Shown: positions 27,141 to 41,699 of the stretch, in pieces
Position numbering within the stretch: position 1 is the stretch's first letter
Layout of the letters: each line of letters begins with the position of its first letter
Source: the human T2T-CHM13v2.0 reference genome, Homo sapiens
Strand: one strand, 5' to 3'
Assembly (NCBI RefSeq): GCF_009914755.1
Contig: NC_060938.1
DNA length: 64,000 nt
Position numbers and translations under genes: made by a program
The notes under the pieces: generated by a model
What the model saw: the letters and a program-made list of their open reading frames with translations, nothing else
The model's database searches: none
Told to the model about the DNA's origin: nothing

Positions 27141-27916
27141 TGTTATATATGTATATTACATATGTCTAAGTATAGCCATGGATATCCAGGATATTTTTTT
27201 TAATCCTTAAAAAACCATATGATTTAAGAGAACTTAAAGTTATTAAAAATATATTATTATTTTAATTCTCCATCTCCCCTGGTAGTATGTTATGCAAATA
27301 ATAATGAGGAGATGTTAAAGGTCCCTGGGTTTCTCATGGATTCTCTCAAAGCACTAGCTTCTTGAGACTCTTCACACACTGAGAGAATTAGATCTGCAGC
27401 CCTTTGTCCAGTTAATTTCTCTGATTTGAAACAATAGGAAAACTTCTTTTACTCCCCTAAGAGGGTCAAATTTTTAAAATCCTTAGATTACTAGGTTCCT
27501 AGGTTAAGTCCTAGGGTAAGAGGAAGACTAGGTTTTGGTATTCATACGTCAAAAGATATGATGTTCCAGAATTTGGAGACAGCTATAGGTCATAAAAACT
27601 TGGAGACACAGGGTTATTTGGCTCCAGGAGAGATTTTACAACATTCCAAAAGTTTGGAATAAAGAAGATATCCTCTTAGAAGGACAGAAAAACAGCCGTT
27701 TCCATCCTATTATAAGTATAAAAACAAAGACAAGGAAAAAAACCATTGTTCTTAATTTCTTGCTTTCAGAGAGTCTAGCCTCTCACTAGGATGATCTGGA
27801 TCTCTTTATACTGTCCAAAGATAAGAACTGGGAAAAGGAGCAGCCAACACACATTATTAAGAAATCTGTTTCTGACTGAGAACACTCTGTGGACATTTAA
27901 AATAAAATCAACAAAC

Positions 27917-28030
27917 TTGAGCCCAGGAGTTTGAGGCTGCCATGAGCTATGATGGCATCACTACACTCTAATATGGTCAACTAAGTGAGAACCAGTTTCT
28001 AAATAAATAAAGAAATAAATACATAAATAG
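27917..28030 (+). mobile_element. Old Alu right-arm fragment (AluJ/FRAM-like)
   Basis: TTGAGCCCAGGAGTTTGAGGCTGC..TGAGCTATGATGGCA..CTACACTC followed by an A-rich tail. Confidence 0.75.
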
Positions 28031-30478
28031 TAAAATGAATAAGATGAGTATTAAAAGCCCAAAAACAGATTCTGAAATTTTGTTGAATATGTGAATGGAT
28101 GAATAAATATGAAATGTAGATGGAGACATTAGGAAGAAGTTAGCTTCCACTGAAAAATATACACAAATCAAATTCCAAATAATTAAATATGTAGACTATA
28201 GCTAGTTTACAACAATAAAAAATAATGTTCTCTGTCAGAGAAAATTAAGAAAAGCAATTTAAACTCAACTGTTATAGAAAGAAAGATTACTATCTATTTA
28301 GCAGTGCTTAAAAAGGAGGTCATAGAGAATGAATTCCATTATAAATCTGACATGAACAGCAATGCAAAAAATTTGGACTTAACGTAAAATATTATTTGAT
28401 GGTGTGAATAAATAATGAAATAAATGTTCATAAGATAAATTGTTGAAATAATTTGAAATCATTTTTGAATAATTATTGAAATAATTAAATAAATTGTTCA
28501 TGAAAAATTACTCGTCTTGAGGAAGACAATCCTCATTTTACTACAATTTCATTATTTTATATTGGCAAGAGAAGAAATATTTTGAAAAACATTAATAAAG
28601 TTTACTTAAACAGGAGTATGATCCTCTTTCAGATGCAAAATAGAAGATAGGGGATGGAGCAAGTCTACCTTCCTTAAAAAGGTAGCTGAAGTCATCAGAA
28701 ATTGTTTGTGTCATGCTACAGACCTATTCTGAAGAATAATAAATGAAACAGACTTATGAACTCATCAGATATACTTACACTAAGCATACTGATTAGAAAG
28801 TTCTCCTCATGTAATTTCTTCTTCCTGAATGATCTCAAAAAATATAATTTCAGGTCTAGATAATTGAAATAAAAGTGCATCCCTGAAACAAATTATTTAG
28901 CTCTTACTTTTTATAAATACTCTAATTGCTAAACTTATCAGGATCATGACCTACTTTGTATAGACAAATTAAATTCTAATTCTCCAGATCACAATATATA
29001 GGCTTTAAGTCACCATAATTTTTTCCCATTTGCCTCATTTCTGCCTTTCTTTGAGGTCTCTACCTTTTGTAACTAGTTTTTAATTTGTGAAATATTTACT
29101 TAATATTGGCTGATTTATAATGAATTAGTTTAGACTAGAATGACATTTGAATACTTGTTGAAAATAATATCACTTGTAGACCTAGAATACTTTGGTAGCT
29201 ACTTCATTTTCTCTGTCTCTTTCTGAAAAGTTAGCCAGCTTGCTTTAGGCAGACAGTAAGGGAAGGGTCCCCCAGAGAACCTCCTACCTGCTCCACAAGT
29301 GTTTATACCAGATGTTTTGTGCAGATAAGGGTACTTGCTCCGGGGGCTTGCCTAAACATGCCTGCAGTGGAAAATTTTGTTTCTTAACACGTGGGCAGTA
29401 AGAAAAATAAATCAATATGGAATGTCTCAGACTAAGGGTCTGCATGCACTCTGGAAGGATGCAGTGGAGCCTACAGGAATTCATGCCTTATACAAATAGG
29501 GAACTCAGCCCCATCAGCTTATATAAAAATGCCTTTGTATTCACCTGTGAAGAGGGCAACCGGGAACCTACTTTCAGGACTCCTCTCTTTGCTGAGAGCT
29601 TTCCTTTAACTTAATAAATTCTATACAATTCAGAACAATGTGCTCTCCCTCCGTTTTTAGAGACATGTCCCTTACCCCAACCTCCAATGGCCACAGGTAC
29701 ACATGTGAGACAAATGGGAGAGTGGCAACTCCCAACCTCCCTCCCCTCCCGGCTGAGGCACATAGCCCAAGGGCCCCACTTGGCTAGGTGGCCAGCATTT
29801 CCTGCTCACTCTTCCCTCTCCCCACGCACCCACAGTGTCTTTCCTCCCCTGGCTGAGCCAGAAAGGAGGAGACAGCAATTAAAATGCTCTCTCCCTATTG
29901 GAGGAACTCATTTGTATAAGAATAAAAGGTTTCTCCTCGGGCATCTTCCCCACCCTGCACTTAAGCTGTTTTATTTTATTTTATTTTTCTTTTCTCCACT
30001 TTGTAAGGAGTTAACTTTTATGAGAGGTTTTTTGTTTGTTTTTGTTTTTGTTTTCTTATTAGGCCAGGACCCCCATTCCCAAGATAGCCTTTTCTCTTCC
30101 TTGTTTAAGGAAGACCCAGCTCCAAAGCTTTAGGTTAGCATGACTCATTGCTGCCGATTAGGCTCCCTTCCATCTCGTGGATAGAGGTCATTCTAGTATC
30201 CATGGCATGCATGAAATCTAAAGAACTCAAAGGTTATCAACAACAGTGGGACAAGCAGCGCATGGGTAATGGTGGATAACTCGCACCCTGTAAGCCCCCT
30301 GTTAACATAGGTGAAAGCTGCATTGGCACCCATGGGTGGTAACCTGCCAAGATCACCAGGACTCAGGGATATAAGAACAGAAGAAAGAAAGAGGACACTT
30401 TTCTCCTCTCCCTCATGTACCTCAGGTATTTACTAGGAAAAAGAAGAAACTAGGGATGCCTTGCTCCCCTCTTCTTAG

Positions 30479-30547
30479 GTGAGTAACCAATCATCTGCAG
30501 CCCATATTTCTCTTGATTGCCTCCTGAATCACTAGGACTCTTCTGAA
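30479..30547 (+). pseudogene. Vestige of retroviral gag N-terminus
   Basis: Translates as (V)SNQSSAAHISLDCLLNH*DSSE, resembling the class I HERV Gag start MGNxxS..TPLxCILxHWDxF, with the start lost and a W-to-stop change. Confidence 0.5.
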
Positions 30548-30759
30548 AAAACACCTCCTTTCTCCTTTTTCCTCCTCTGTCCTCTCTTTGTGGGTGGGTC
30601 CTTGTGTCGCTGTACCACAGGACACTCCCTTTGTATGCATCCCTTAAACTGGGAAAAGTTAATTTCCCCAAACCTTAAACTGCTTGGCTCAAAACTGAGC
30701 ATGAAAAAGGGCAACTCAGAAGCCTGGTACGCCAGCAAAAGGGTAAAAGTTCTTACCAG

Positions 30760-31202
<443 letters not shown>

Positions 31203-32521
31203 CTAGTCTTAAGCTGTAGCCAATGTAGTGTGCTTTGTGTGTCTTTCTGTATAGTTCTGTCATAAAGAGGGGTACCTTAGGATAGAATGCAGGCCTAGGA
31301 CCCCAAAAGTTTGCTGATCAAGCCAGCCTGGCAAACTGGTCAGTAACAAACCTTGCTGCAGTTCTTCATCTTGTTTTATGTCCTTAGGAGCTTGACCTTG
31401 TAACCAATTGATAATACTTTCTTTTGGCCTCTGCCATTTTACAATGGTGGCCTGGGTTTAATCCTGGCTTAGGGAATGAGTATATTGTGGCTAATATCTG
31501 TGTGACTTTTACCATTTGCTGATTCTCTTCCCCTCTATAAACAACTTCTAGCTTCCTTTCTTAAATCTTCCTTTGTCTGAACCAACTTTAAAGATCTTAG
31601 ATTCTGTAAAAACTGCTTAGCACCTCTTTGAAAATAACTTTTACACTTACAGTTAAGTCATAATCTTAGTTGAGGCTTGTTGGTTTCACCTGTGAGGTTA
31701 TTTTTAATAAAGTTCTAAAGCCAGAAATATTGACTGCTCGGCATGGCTAAAGCTGGATAATAGATTTGAAACGATTTTCTTAGAGCACAGCTGAATTAAA
31801 AGTGGATATCCAAGTTATAGGTATATTTAAAGGCCTTTAAATTTTTCTCTGCATGGATCTTGTTTTTCTGGAAAAAGGTTCTTTCTCTGTTGAATGATTT
31901 TTTTTTCCCCATTTTGTCTTGTCATTCAGTGCATACATGAGAGGCTCTAAGATAACTTCTGATAGCCCGGGGCTCCTGGGAAAAAACAAAGAAGGTGCTG
32001 CAGACCCCATTTTGGGGAAAACAACACCCTCTGTTTTCCTCATGAAACCCCAGGAATTAAAAGTGGATAGATCCTTCTCAAAATCTATCTCTGTCTTCCA
32101 GCTATGCCTGTTTATTAGGCCCTAGAAACTGTATGCTGTCCTAGGCCCTGCTCTTGAAGGGCTTCACCCAGAGGCCAATAATCTATTCAGAAGATTGGCA
32201 AATGAAAAATCTTACAAGTACTGAATTTGCTTTTGTTCATCTGTGTAATTTTATATTTCTTATGGGCGTGATGTTTATATAAAAAAGCTCTAGGAAAATA
32301 AGCACTTAGATCAAATATTTTTTGAAGAAAAATAAAAGCTGTAATACCTTTTGAGTTCACATGACTATAATCTTTAAGAAATAAAGGCAGTTTTAAAAAT
32401 AATTGGTAAAATACAAATGTCTTTAAAATGTAAATATGTGGGCTGAATCATGTAGGTCAGATACTAGGTTAGCTAAATGCTTCAAAGTTATTAACTGCTT
32501 CTTTGGCTTTTAAGAACTATT

Positions 32522-32887
32522 TGATAAAGTTTGGCTCTGTGTCCCCACCCAAATCTCATCTTGTAGCTCCTGTAATTTCCATGTGTTGTGGCAGGGACCC
32601 AGTGGGAGATGATTGAATCATGAGGGTGGGTCTTTTTATGCTGTTCTCATGATAGTAATGGGTTTCATGGATCTGATGGTTTTAAAAATGAGAGTTTCTC
32701 TGCACAAGCTCTCTTTTTTGGTTTGCCACCATCCACATAAGATGTCACTTGCTCCCCCTTACCTTCTGCCATGATTGTGAGGCCTCCTCAGCCATGTGGA
32801 ACTGTAAGTCCAATTAAACCTCTTTCTTTTGTAAATTGCCCAGTCTCAAGATTGTCTTTATCAGCAGCATGAAAATTGACTAATACA
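32522..32887 (+). mobile_element. THE1 (A/B-like) solo LTR inside the ERV
   Basis: TGATAAAGTTTGGCTCTGTGTCCCCACCCAAATCTCATCTTG...GACTAATACA with perfect TSD CTATT (32517-32521 / 32888-32892). Confidence 0.95.
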
Positions 32888-35427
32888 CTATTCAATTTGC
32901 CTGCTTCACAATTAATAAGTCCAGGGACATATGGAATTAACCACACCCTTAATTATGCAGGAAGGAATCAGATTTTATTTATGCCTACTACTACATAAAT
33001 AAAGCAACTTGCCAGGTTGTACATTAAAGTTAAAAATTGCTAAGAGTTACCATAATAACCTGTAATCGAGACAATGAAAATAGATTTATATATAAGGTAA
33101 GTAAGGAAAGTAAAATATGTTTTTAGTAAAAGATTATAAGAAAGCATGAAAATGTAAATTTTTGCCTTGGGTTAAAGGATTGTTTTGAATTAGATAAGAT
33201 AAAGCTGAGGGTTTAAACAAATGGTGAAAAGTTTGTAAAAATTAATCTTGCAAAAGAAATTGTGTGAACATATTGACTAATTTCAAAAAAGTATTTTGTT
33301 TTTGTAAATTGAGCATTGAAATAAAAGCACAACAAGCTTTTCTAAAGGCACTGATCTGCTCTTTAACAACAATTTGTAAAGGGTTATAAAAGTTTAAAAA
33401 AATCTCACCTCATGGTCAAACTAGATAAGATTAGATATAATTATCTATAAGTTTTCATTAAAAAAATTGGGGTTGACATCAACAGTAGACTAATGCAAGG
33501 ATGAAATTAGGCTTTCACTTGAACAGGATTTCCCTGTAAAATTAACGACAGATCATTTGGAAAGCTAAGTTTTCCCTCTACCTGTGAATATGCTTTTGCA
33601 TTGTTTTAAAATGTTTGAGTCATCATTTTGGCTAAAATAAATGACATATGGTAACTTGGAATTCTATTTTATAATATCAAGTGCTTTGAACCTCTAACAT
33701 ATTTAACAGGCTTCCCAAAATCAAACTTCAGTTTCAAAATTGTCTTTCCTGGTCCCTGGAACATCCAAAAGAGAAGAAAACTGTTTTTTTTTGAAATGTT
33801 TAGTTATATGGTATTTCCAAAGTTATATTTAATCTGCTTTAGGTTATATTTTAGTGAATAATATTAATATGTTTCAAAATTATATGAGATTTCTAAAATT
33901 CTAATGTCTGAGTATATGCTATCAATCATAATTAAGGTTATTATGTTTAGTTATTGTAAACCCTAGAAATGACTAAATTTCTTTGTCATTTGTATTCTTG
34001 ACAGTAACTACCTTAGACATTTCATCATTCACAGACAAATGTCTTGTTTTGATCCTACTCAAAAGATGATTTATAATCAGCTATAGGATTTTGACAAGTG
34101 TTCTCAAATGCAAGATTCCATTAACTCTGGAGATTATGACATTGAAAAAAATACAGTACTCATGAAGAACTGAAATGTTCATGAATATCTAGCAGAACAA
34201 GAGAACAGAATGGATTGAACTAATAGAAAACAAGTATTATTTTTAACCTTTTTGCTTAAAACTTTCCTTGCTTTGTTTTTCTGAGTCAAGGATACTTATT
34301 TTGAATTATTTAAAGCCTTTAATAATTGAGTAAACTATACTCCTGTGAACAAAATTTGAAGGACGTTTGTTTCTCTCTGCCTGGCTTTGCCAGAATTTGG
34401 AAACTATTTGTGAGAATATTTAATTTATGGCAATACAGTTATTTTCATCAGTGCAATAAGAATACATTTTCTTTTGCAACAGGACACAATTGAAGAAACT
34501 GGTGGTTTTACCAAGGCTTTTACTGGAAGGGTATATATTCCTTTAAGTAATTAAGCTGGACTTGCCAATAAAAGTCTCTTGGGAAAACTGGCTACATACC
34601 TTGTCAACACAGTCCTTGTACAAGGTTCCTAACCCGTGGGAAGTAAAGCATGTCACTTTTTAACAGGCCTAGGAGCCTGTTAAAAAGCTCCTGGGCCTGT
34701 TAAAAAGCTTGTTCTTGAGACATCAAGAAGAGAATGATTTACCAAACTCGTAGATATTTGAGGGTGGAAACCCATGACTGTGCTTGGCCTTAAAAGGTCT
34801 TAACTGAGATTCCTTATGGAACAGAGTTCCATCAAAGCCAATTTAAAAGCCTATGGGAAAAATAATTATTCTTTTTGCACTTTATGCAAATAAGACAAGT
34901 ATAAGGCTAAAGTTTGTTTTTCAAACAACTGAGTCCTATCATGATTTGTTTTTGGCAAAAATGAGGACTGGAGAGAGAGAAATTATGTTTCAAAACTTAC
35001 TCTACATTTGTCATTACGTTATAATCCCATTAGTTGTTTTTAAGTTTTTGTCTACATTTTAGACTACCCTGCTTATTCCTGTGGACCAACCAGCAATGTA
35101 CAGCTTCAGCTCAAAAGAACCAAAGGGATGAGTAATATAAAAAATCTGGATCAATATTTTAATTCTGAACAATTATCCTGCAAATCCTTCCAGGTGATCG
35201 GAGTAAATAGGTGCCCATAACCCAGAGATTTCTTTGTTTGGGAAAATAAGACCAAGGGAGCTAATCAAAGCCAAGCCCCATGAATACAAACCTTAGCAGG
35301 CATAACTATAGCCACGAGTTATCTGGCTGTATTGGCAGCCTTGAGATTTTTGTTTTGTTTTGTTTTGAGCTGTCCTTATCCCTTTGTTTCATTCTGAATA
35401 TGTCTTCTAATAACCCAAATTTTTTCT

Positions 35428-35520
35428 TAAAGGCCATTCAACTTCAAATGGTGATGCAAACAGAACCACTCATGAACACACTGTTCTCTTTGGGGACCCT
35501 TAAACTGACCTCAGGAGGAG
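35428..35520 (+). pseudogene. Vestige of ERV env cytoplasmic tail
   Basis: ORF 35280-35573 contains LKAIQLQMVMQTEP, resembling the (E)AIKLQMxxQMEP tail motif of class I HERV Env, just upstream of the PPT. Confidence 0.6.
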
Positions 35521-35951
35521 CCTTAACTGCCACTTTCCCAAAACAGCACCCCTTGTCAGCAGGAAGCAGTTAGGAGCAGTCGTTGTACACTTTCCTCAAC
35601 AGAATTTGGGGTCTCCACTCCTGAAGGGAGGAATGAAAGGAGTCAGCCAACTTGCTTTAGGGAGACAGTCAGGAAAGGGTCCCCTGGAGAACCTCCTACC
35701 CACCCCCAGGTGTTTATACCAAATATTTTGTGCGGATAAGGGTACTTGCTAAGGGAGCTTGCCTAAACATGGCCATAGTGGAAAATTTCGTTCCTTAACA
35801 TATGTGCATTAAGGAAAATAAATCAATATGGAGTGGCACAGACTAAGGGCCCACATAACTCACTGGAAAGATGGAGTGGAGCAACCAGGAATTCACTTCT
35901 CATACAACCAGGAATTCACAGCCCTATCAGCTTGTATAAAAATGTCCTTGT

Positions 35952-36259
<308 letters not shown>

Positions 36260-36649
36260 TTAAGGGGGCAACCAAGAACTTGATGTCAGGACCCCTCTCT
36301 TTGCTGAGAGCTTTCCTTTCACTAAATAAATTCTACTACACTTACTCTTTGAGTGTCCATGTGCCTACTTCTTCAGAACTTAGGCCTAGCTGGGCTAAGG
36401 AGCAAAAAACCCTGCATCATATCTCAAACTCAACCTTTAAGTTTTTGTCCTACTAGTCTCCTTCACATTTTGCAATACATTAAAATTGCTTCAAGGTTTT
36501 TTCAAAATGTGTTTTTGGTAATTCTGCTAATTTATGCTGTTTAAAACATCCTGGCTGAATGATTTCAAATAAATTTTATAACATCTATTTCCATTTTTTT
36601 CACTCAGTACATATGAATCCACTGTTTAATCCAAATTTAAAGTAACAAT

Positions 36650-37102
36650 CATTAAAGTAAATTAAAATGGAGTCCAGGCCTGAAGAATTTCTGAGCAGAC
36701 AAAACCAGTTAGGCATCATAAGTGATCTAAACCTTGTTTGATCTACAGATATAAGGGAAACTTGAGCCATTCTTATCAATTTCTATATTAAAGAAAAACA
36801 GAACTTAAGTTCAACCAATCAGAAGTAGCCAACACACATAATCATATAACTGAAGACTTTCCAGTGGGATAGACCTAATAACGTACAACTTTGGTACCAA
36901 ACAAGGTACAAATAACTGTACAACTATAAATAGTCAAATATTATATTTAGTTTTCTTCTGTGCCTGTCCTCTAAAAGCCTCCGCCTGTGCTCCGTCAGTG
37001 GCGCTCTTAAGCCACTTTTATGGTTTGGAGCTGCCTGAGTCATAAATCATTGTTTAAATAACATATTTAAAATTTTATTGTGCTTTAGTTTATCTTTTAA
37101 CA
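36650..37102 (+). mobile_element. ERV solo LTR (LTR47-like)
   Basis: TTAAAATGGAGTCCAGGCCTGAAGAAT..CTGAGCAGACAAAACCAGTTAGGC...AACCAATCAGAAG...TTATCTTTTAACA. Confidence 0.65.
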
Positions 37103-38002
37103 CAGTGGTCCTCAACCCTTGGTAATGAGCTATGGCTTGTTAGGAATCAGATCATACAGCAGGAGGTGAGCGGCAGGTGAGTGAGCATTACCACCTGAGC
37201 TCTTTCTCCTGTCGAATCAGCTACAGCATTAGATCCTTATAGGAATGTGAACCCTATTATGAACTGAGCATGCAAGGGATCTAGGTTGTGCATACCTCAT
37301 GAGAATCTAATGCCCGATGATCTGAGGTGGAACAGTTTCATCCCTGTATTAGTCAGGGTTCTCTAGAGGGACAGAACTTATAAGATATATGTATATATGA
37401 AAAGGAGTTTATTAATGAGAATTGACTATACGATCACAAGGTGAAGTCCCATGATAGGCTGTCTGCAAGCTGAGGGGCAAGGAAGCCAACAAAGGCTTAG
37501 TTCAACTACAAAAGCCTCAAAAGTAGGAAAGCTGGCAGTGCAACATTTAGTCTGTGGCCAAGGACCTGAAAGCCCCTGGAAAACCACTGCTGTAAGTTCA
37601 AGTGTTCAAAGCCTAAAGAACCTGGAGTCTGATGTCCAAGGGCAGGAAGCATCCAGCACAGTGCAATGATGAAAGCCAGAAGACTCGTTAAGTCAGCTTA
37701 TCCCACCTTCTTCCACCAGCTTTGTTCTAGCCAAGCTGACAGTCAATTGGATGGTGTCCACCCACATTGAGGATGGGTCTTCCTCTACCAGTCCGACTCA
37801 AATGTTAATCTCCTCCAGCAACACCCTCACTGACACACCCAGAAACTATTCTTTACCAATTATCTAGGCATCCTTCAATCCAATTAAGTTGACACCTATT
37901 ATTAACCATTACAATCCTGAAACCATCGTCTGCTCCCCTGTCCGTGGAAATATTGTCTTCCACAAAACCAGTCCCTGGTGCCACAAAGGTTGAGGACTAC
38001 AT
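37103..38002 (+). mobile_element. MER1B (hAT-Charlie) split by MLT2A
   Basis: CAGTGGTCCTCAACCC...CAGCAGGAGGTGAGCGGC...GATGATCTGAGGTGGAACAGTTTCATCCC | GAAACCATC...TTGTCTTCCACAAAACCAGTCCCTGGTGCCACAAAGGTTG. Confidence 0.9.
37345..37913 (-). mobile_element. MLT2A (MLT2A2-length) HERV-L solo LTR
   Basis: TGTATTAGTCAGGGTTCTCTAGAGGGACAGAACT...AAGTTGACAC..ATTAACCATTACA. TSD ATCCC/ATCCT (37340-37344 / 37914-37918), differing by a CpG C>T change. Confidence 0.92.
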
Positions 38003-39699
38003 AGAACTCAATGAAATGAGAAGTAGTTTCTGATTCAACTAATGTCTGTTAAGTGATTCTCTCTATAGATCCAAGTATTATGAGCAACCTCACACAATCA
38101 CGTTCATGAGATTTCTATTACTCTGTGTGTTGGACTTCAAGGAAGGAATGGAATGCCATCATTAGGCACCAAATAGTTCCACTATTGATTAGCATTGAGA
38201 TTTTTAGTAAATATTTAGGAGTACTGGGGGATGAAGGAGAGACAACACTATTTATTCTTGTACTAGAATACTCATTTCTAATGCCTATAATTAAATCAAT
38301 AGGAGAGTTATTGAGAAAATCTGGGCATTTTGAGATAGTTGAAGAGTAAGTATTCCATATGTATGTCAGTTGAAAATTATTTTTGCTGTTTGCTTTTGAA
38401 AGAATATAACAATGTTAGCAAATGAACAAGGTAATTCCTGGCTGAATTATATAATTATTACAGTACTTCCAAAGATATTAATCTATTACCATTATATGTA
38501 ATTCATGGGGAATGATATTAAACAATAGATAAAATACCAAGTTAATGTGTTTCAGGACATCACTCACAGCATAATGAAAAACTGACTTACTTCTGTATTT
38601 CAATAGCTTCAATACCCATTCAACATTACTGTGCATTACAAATCTATTGGTAAATTGCTTGCAAAAATAAGACTGAAAACAATTTTAAATTAAGTGTACA
38701 AATTTTTCTCTTTTTCTTTTGAAATAATTAATATTTTATTTTATGACTGTAGTTTCCTTTAACTCTATAATTTGAACTGAGATGTTTGGAGAAAAAGTAT
38801 TTTTAAAAGAATTTATAACAATAAGAATAACTGTTAGAATGCCAGTCCTATCAAGAAATGTTAGAAATATATAAGCAAAACTCAAAAGTAAATATCACTG
38901 TCTGTCTAACCATATTCCATGCATAGCTTCTACTACTGTTCCCCAGAATTGTCTGTTTTATCATTTCTCTTGACTTTTGATACATTTATTCATATATCCT
39001 CCATCCTCACTTAGTCCTTACTGTTTGTACTTCAGCATCATATCAACCCTATCTCGCCACTTAAAAGACAAAGTAATACTACTTTTTCAGTTTTTTTCAT
39101 TTAATGTAAGAAGTTATCATTTCCCCAATAGTGAAATGATGCAAAATGATTATTTGATGTATTGTCCAAATGGGTTCAGGTTTGTGACAGTCTCAAATGC
39201 ATCAGGGAGTAGGGACACCCTTCAGTTAAAGCACAAAGTTGTATTTTAATCTGTATTTTATTTTTAAAAAAGATTTTTTCTCAATATCACATAAACATTA
39301 AGCTCTTTATTTTACCTCTCTATTTACTTATTTACACTATTTAAGATTGAGCATTTTTCATTATCAAAAATATTTTCATAATATGTGTAAAATTGTTGAA
39401 ATCTTAATTTTTCCAAAATGACAGCTGACTCCTCTTAAAGGTAATGGGAATCTTAGAATGTTATTTGCAAGTCAGTCTACAGCATTATTTTCATATATAA
39501 AATGTTGTGTACTAATTTTTGAAATATTTGTAAATTAAATAGGTCATTTTTCTTTCAGGAGAAAGGAGACTTTGAGAGATTTTTGTGCAGGAGAAGAGTA
39601 GTTTTAAAAATAGGTAGTTTGCAATAGGGCAGACTAGTTTTAAAACTCTAAAATGAGAACAAGTCAATAAGAGTCTCTTGATTAAATCTAGTGGTCTTA

Positions 39700-40305
39700 T
39701 TATTTATTTATTAATTGACATGTAATAATTGTACATATTCATGGGGTACAATTTGATACCTGGATACCTATCCATGTTGTATAATGATCCATTCAGAGTG
39801 AATCTATTATCTTACATATTTATCATTTCTTTGTGGTGAGAACATTCGAAGACAACTCTTCAAGCTATTTTGTAATATACGATATTTCACTGTTAACCAT
39901 ACTTGCTCTACATGCAACAGAACACCAGAATTTATTGCTCTTATCTAGTTGTAATTTTATACCATCAATCAAAGTTTCCTCATCCTTCTTTAGTCTCTGG
40001 TAACATTTTTCTACTCTCTGCTTCTATGCTATTAACTTTTTTAAATGTTTGTATTTTCTTTTTTTTTTAGACTCCACTTATGAGAGAGATCATGCTGTAC
40101 TTGTCTTTCTGTGTCTGGCTTATTTCACTTACCACGATGTCCTCTAGATTCATCCATATTGTCATAAATGGCAAGATTTTATTTTTTATGGCTACAGAGT
40201 ACTTCATTGTATACAGATAGTGCATTTTCTTTATGCATTCATCTGTTGCCAGACACTTAGGCTTATTCTGTATCTTGGCTATCATACATAGTGTGCAATA
40301 AAAAT
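39700..40305 (-). mobile_element. L1MA-type 3' end fragment
   Basis: TAATAATTGTACATATTCATGGGGTACA...TTTATCATTTCTTTGTGGTGAGAACATT...TTTCTGTGTCTGGCTTATTTCACTTA. The minus-strand ORF 40067-40348 resembles the ORF2 C-terminus. Confidence 0.85.
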
Positions 40306-40891
40306 GACTAGGTGCATTGCAATTAGCTTTAAAAAGATGGAACGGCATTGTAAGGACAGACCATGAATCTAAGCCCTTAGGTTGAATACTTAGGTTGAAT
40401 AAAATTGTTGGAATAAGTGGCTATTTGATGTATGTAATGAAAGGGATTCTTACTTGGCAGGTATTATTAGGAGAAAAAAAAAGAGAGAGAAAGTTGAAGG
40501 AGAGGGGAAAACTGCCACAGCAGGTTAAGCAACTTGCTTTAAAATAATTGGGATTAGTAAGTGTTCAGAGATAGAACTGGTGATGAAAGAGTGAGACTGG
40601 AATTAGGAATTAATTTGTAACACTAATGTTGCAGGTTGGGTCCTGGTTATGAGACTAAGCAGATGCTCATTCTTTGGAGCTATAACTCTGACCAGTGCCA
40701 CATTAACAGATTTGGAAAATATGAGATTAACTATGAAGGTACAGAAAATAAAGGTATTAAAATTCTTTCTATATTTTAGATCTAATTGTTAATAATATAG
40801 TATATACACATCCATACTATATTATATATATATATATATAACATATATAATAACATATATATGCGAAAAGCTATGGTAAATAGAAAACATT

Positions 40892-41193
40892 AGCTGGGCA
40901 TGGTGGTTTACGCCTATAATCCCAGCACTTTGGGAGGTGGAGGCAGGAGGATACTTGAGCCCAGGGATCTGAGACTAGCCTGGGTAATATGGCAAGACCA
41001 TGTCTCTACAAAAAGTAAAGAAAAGTAGCTGGGCCTAGTGGCACACACCTGTCATCAAAGCTACTCTGGAGGCTGAAGTGTGAGGATCACTTGAATTCAA
41101 GAGGTCAAGGCTGTAGTGAGCTGTGTTCCAGCCACTGCACTCCAGCCTGGGTGAGAGCACAAGACCCTGTCTAAAAAAAAGCAAAAGAAAAAA
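40892..41193 (+). mobile_element. AluJ
   Basis: Full dimer with J diagnostics (GGAGGATACTTGAGCCCAGG, GAGGTCAAGGCTGTAGTGAGCTGTG) and short TSD-like AAACATT on both sides. Confidence 0.9.
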
Positions 41194-41699
41194 GAAACAT
41201 TATTGAGGAGAAGAGATAAATAGAGTCTTAGAAATTTGAATTGATACATGAGTAAAGAATGACCCAATTATTTTATATCGGGAATGGGAAAATAAATTTT
41301 ATTCAAGTCCACAAAATAGTTTTTAAAGCATAGACAATACAATACAGGGGTTGGGGGCGTGGTTACAACAATGTTAGAAACACTGAAGGAGCAAAAGGGG
41401 CCTGCTACTCCAGATGATGAGCAAATGAAGGAAGCCACTTCCATCCTTAACTGTGGAAAATGAGTAGGGGAAGGTGGTGCATTCTGGGTCCCATGATTCC
41501 AGACTGACCATTGGCCCTATTTGAGTTCAGCTGCTGTTAGGCAGAAACTCTGGACTCCAAACTCTCAGTAAAACTTCTGAAGACACTTCTGTTGCTATTG
41601 CAGCTGTCAGCACCATTGATTCAGCTGAGAAGCAGCCCAGAATATCACACTGACACCCATGCTGTTGGTTGTGTTTTTTTGAACCAGATTGAAATTAAT

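Noticed and set aside
19772-27201. TCCAG(GA)TATTTTTTT on both sides of the L1PB as a TSD
   Set aside because: Imperfect, mostly a T-run, not the usual A-rich sense-strand polarity, and offset from the 3' end.
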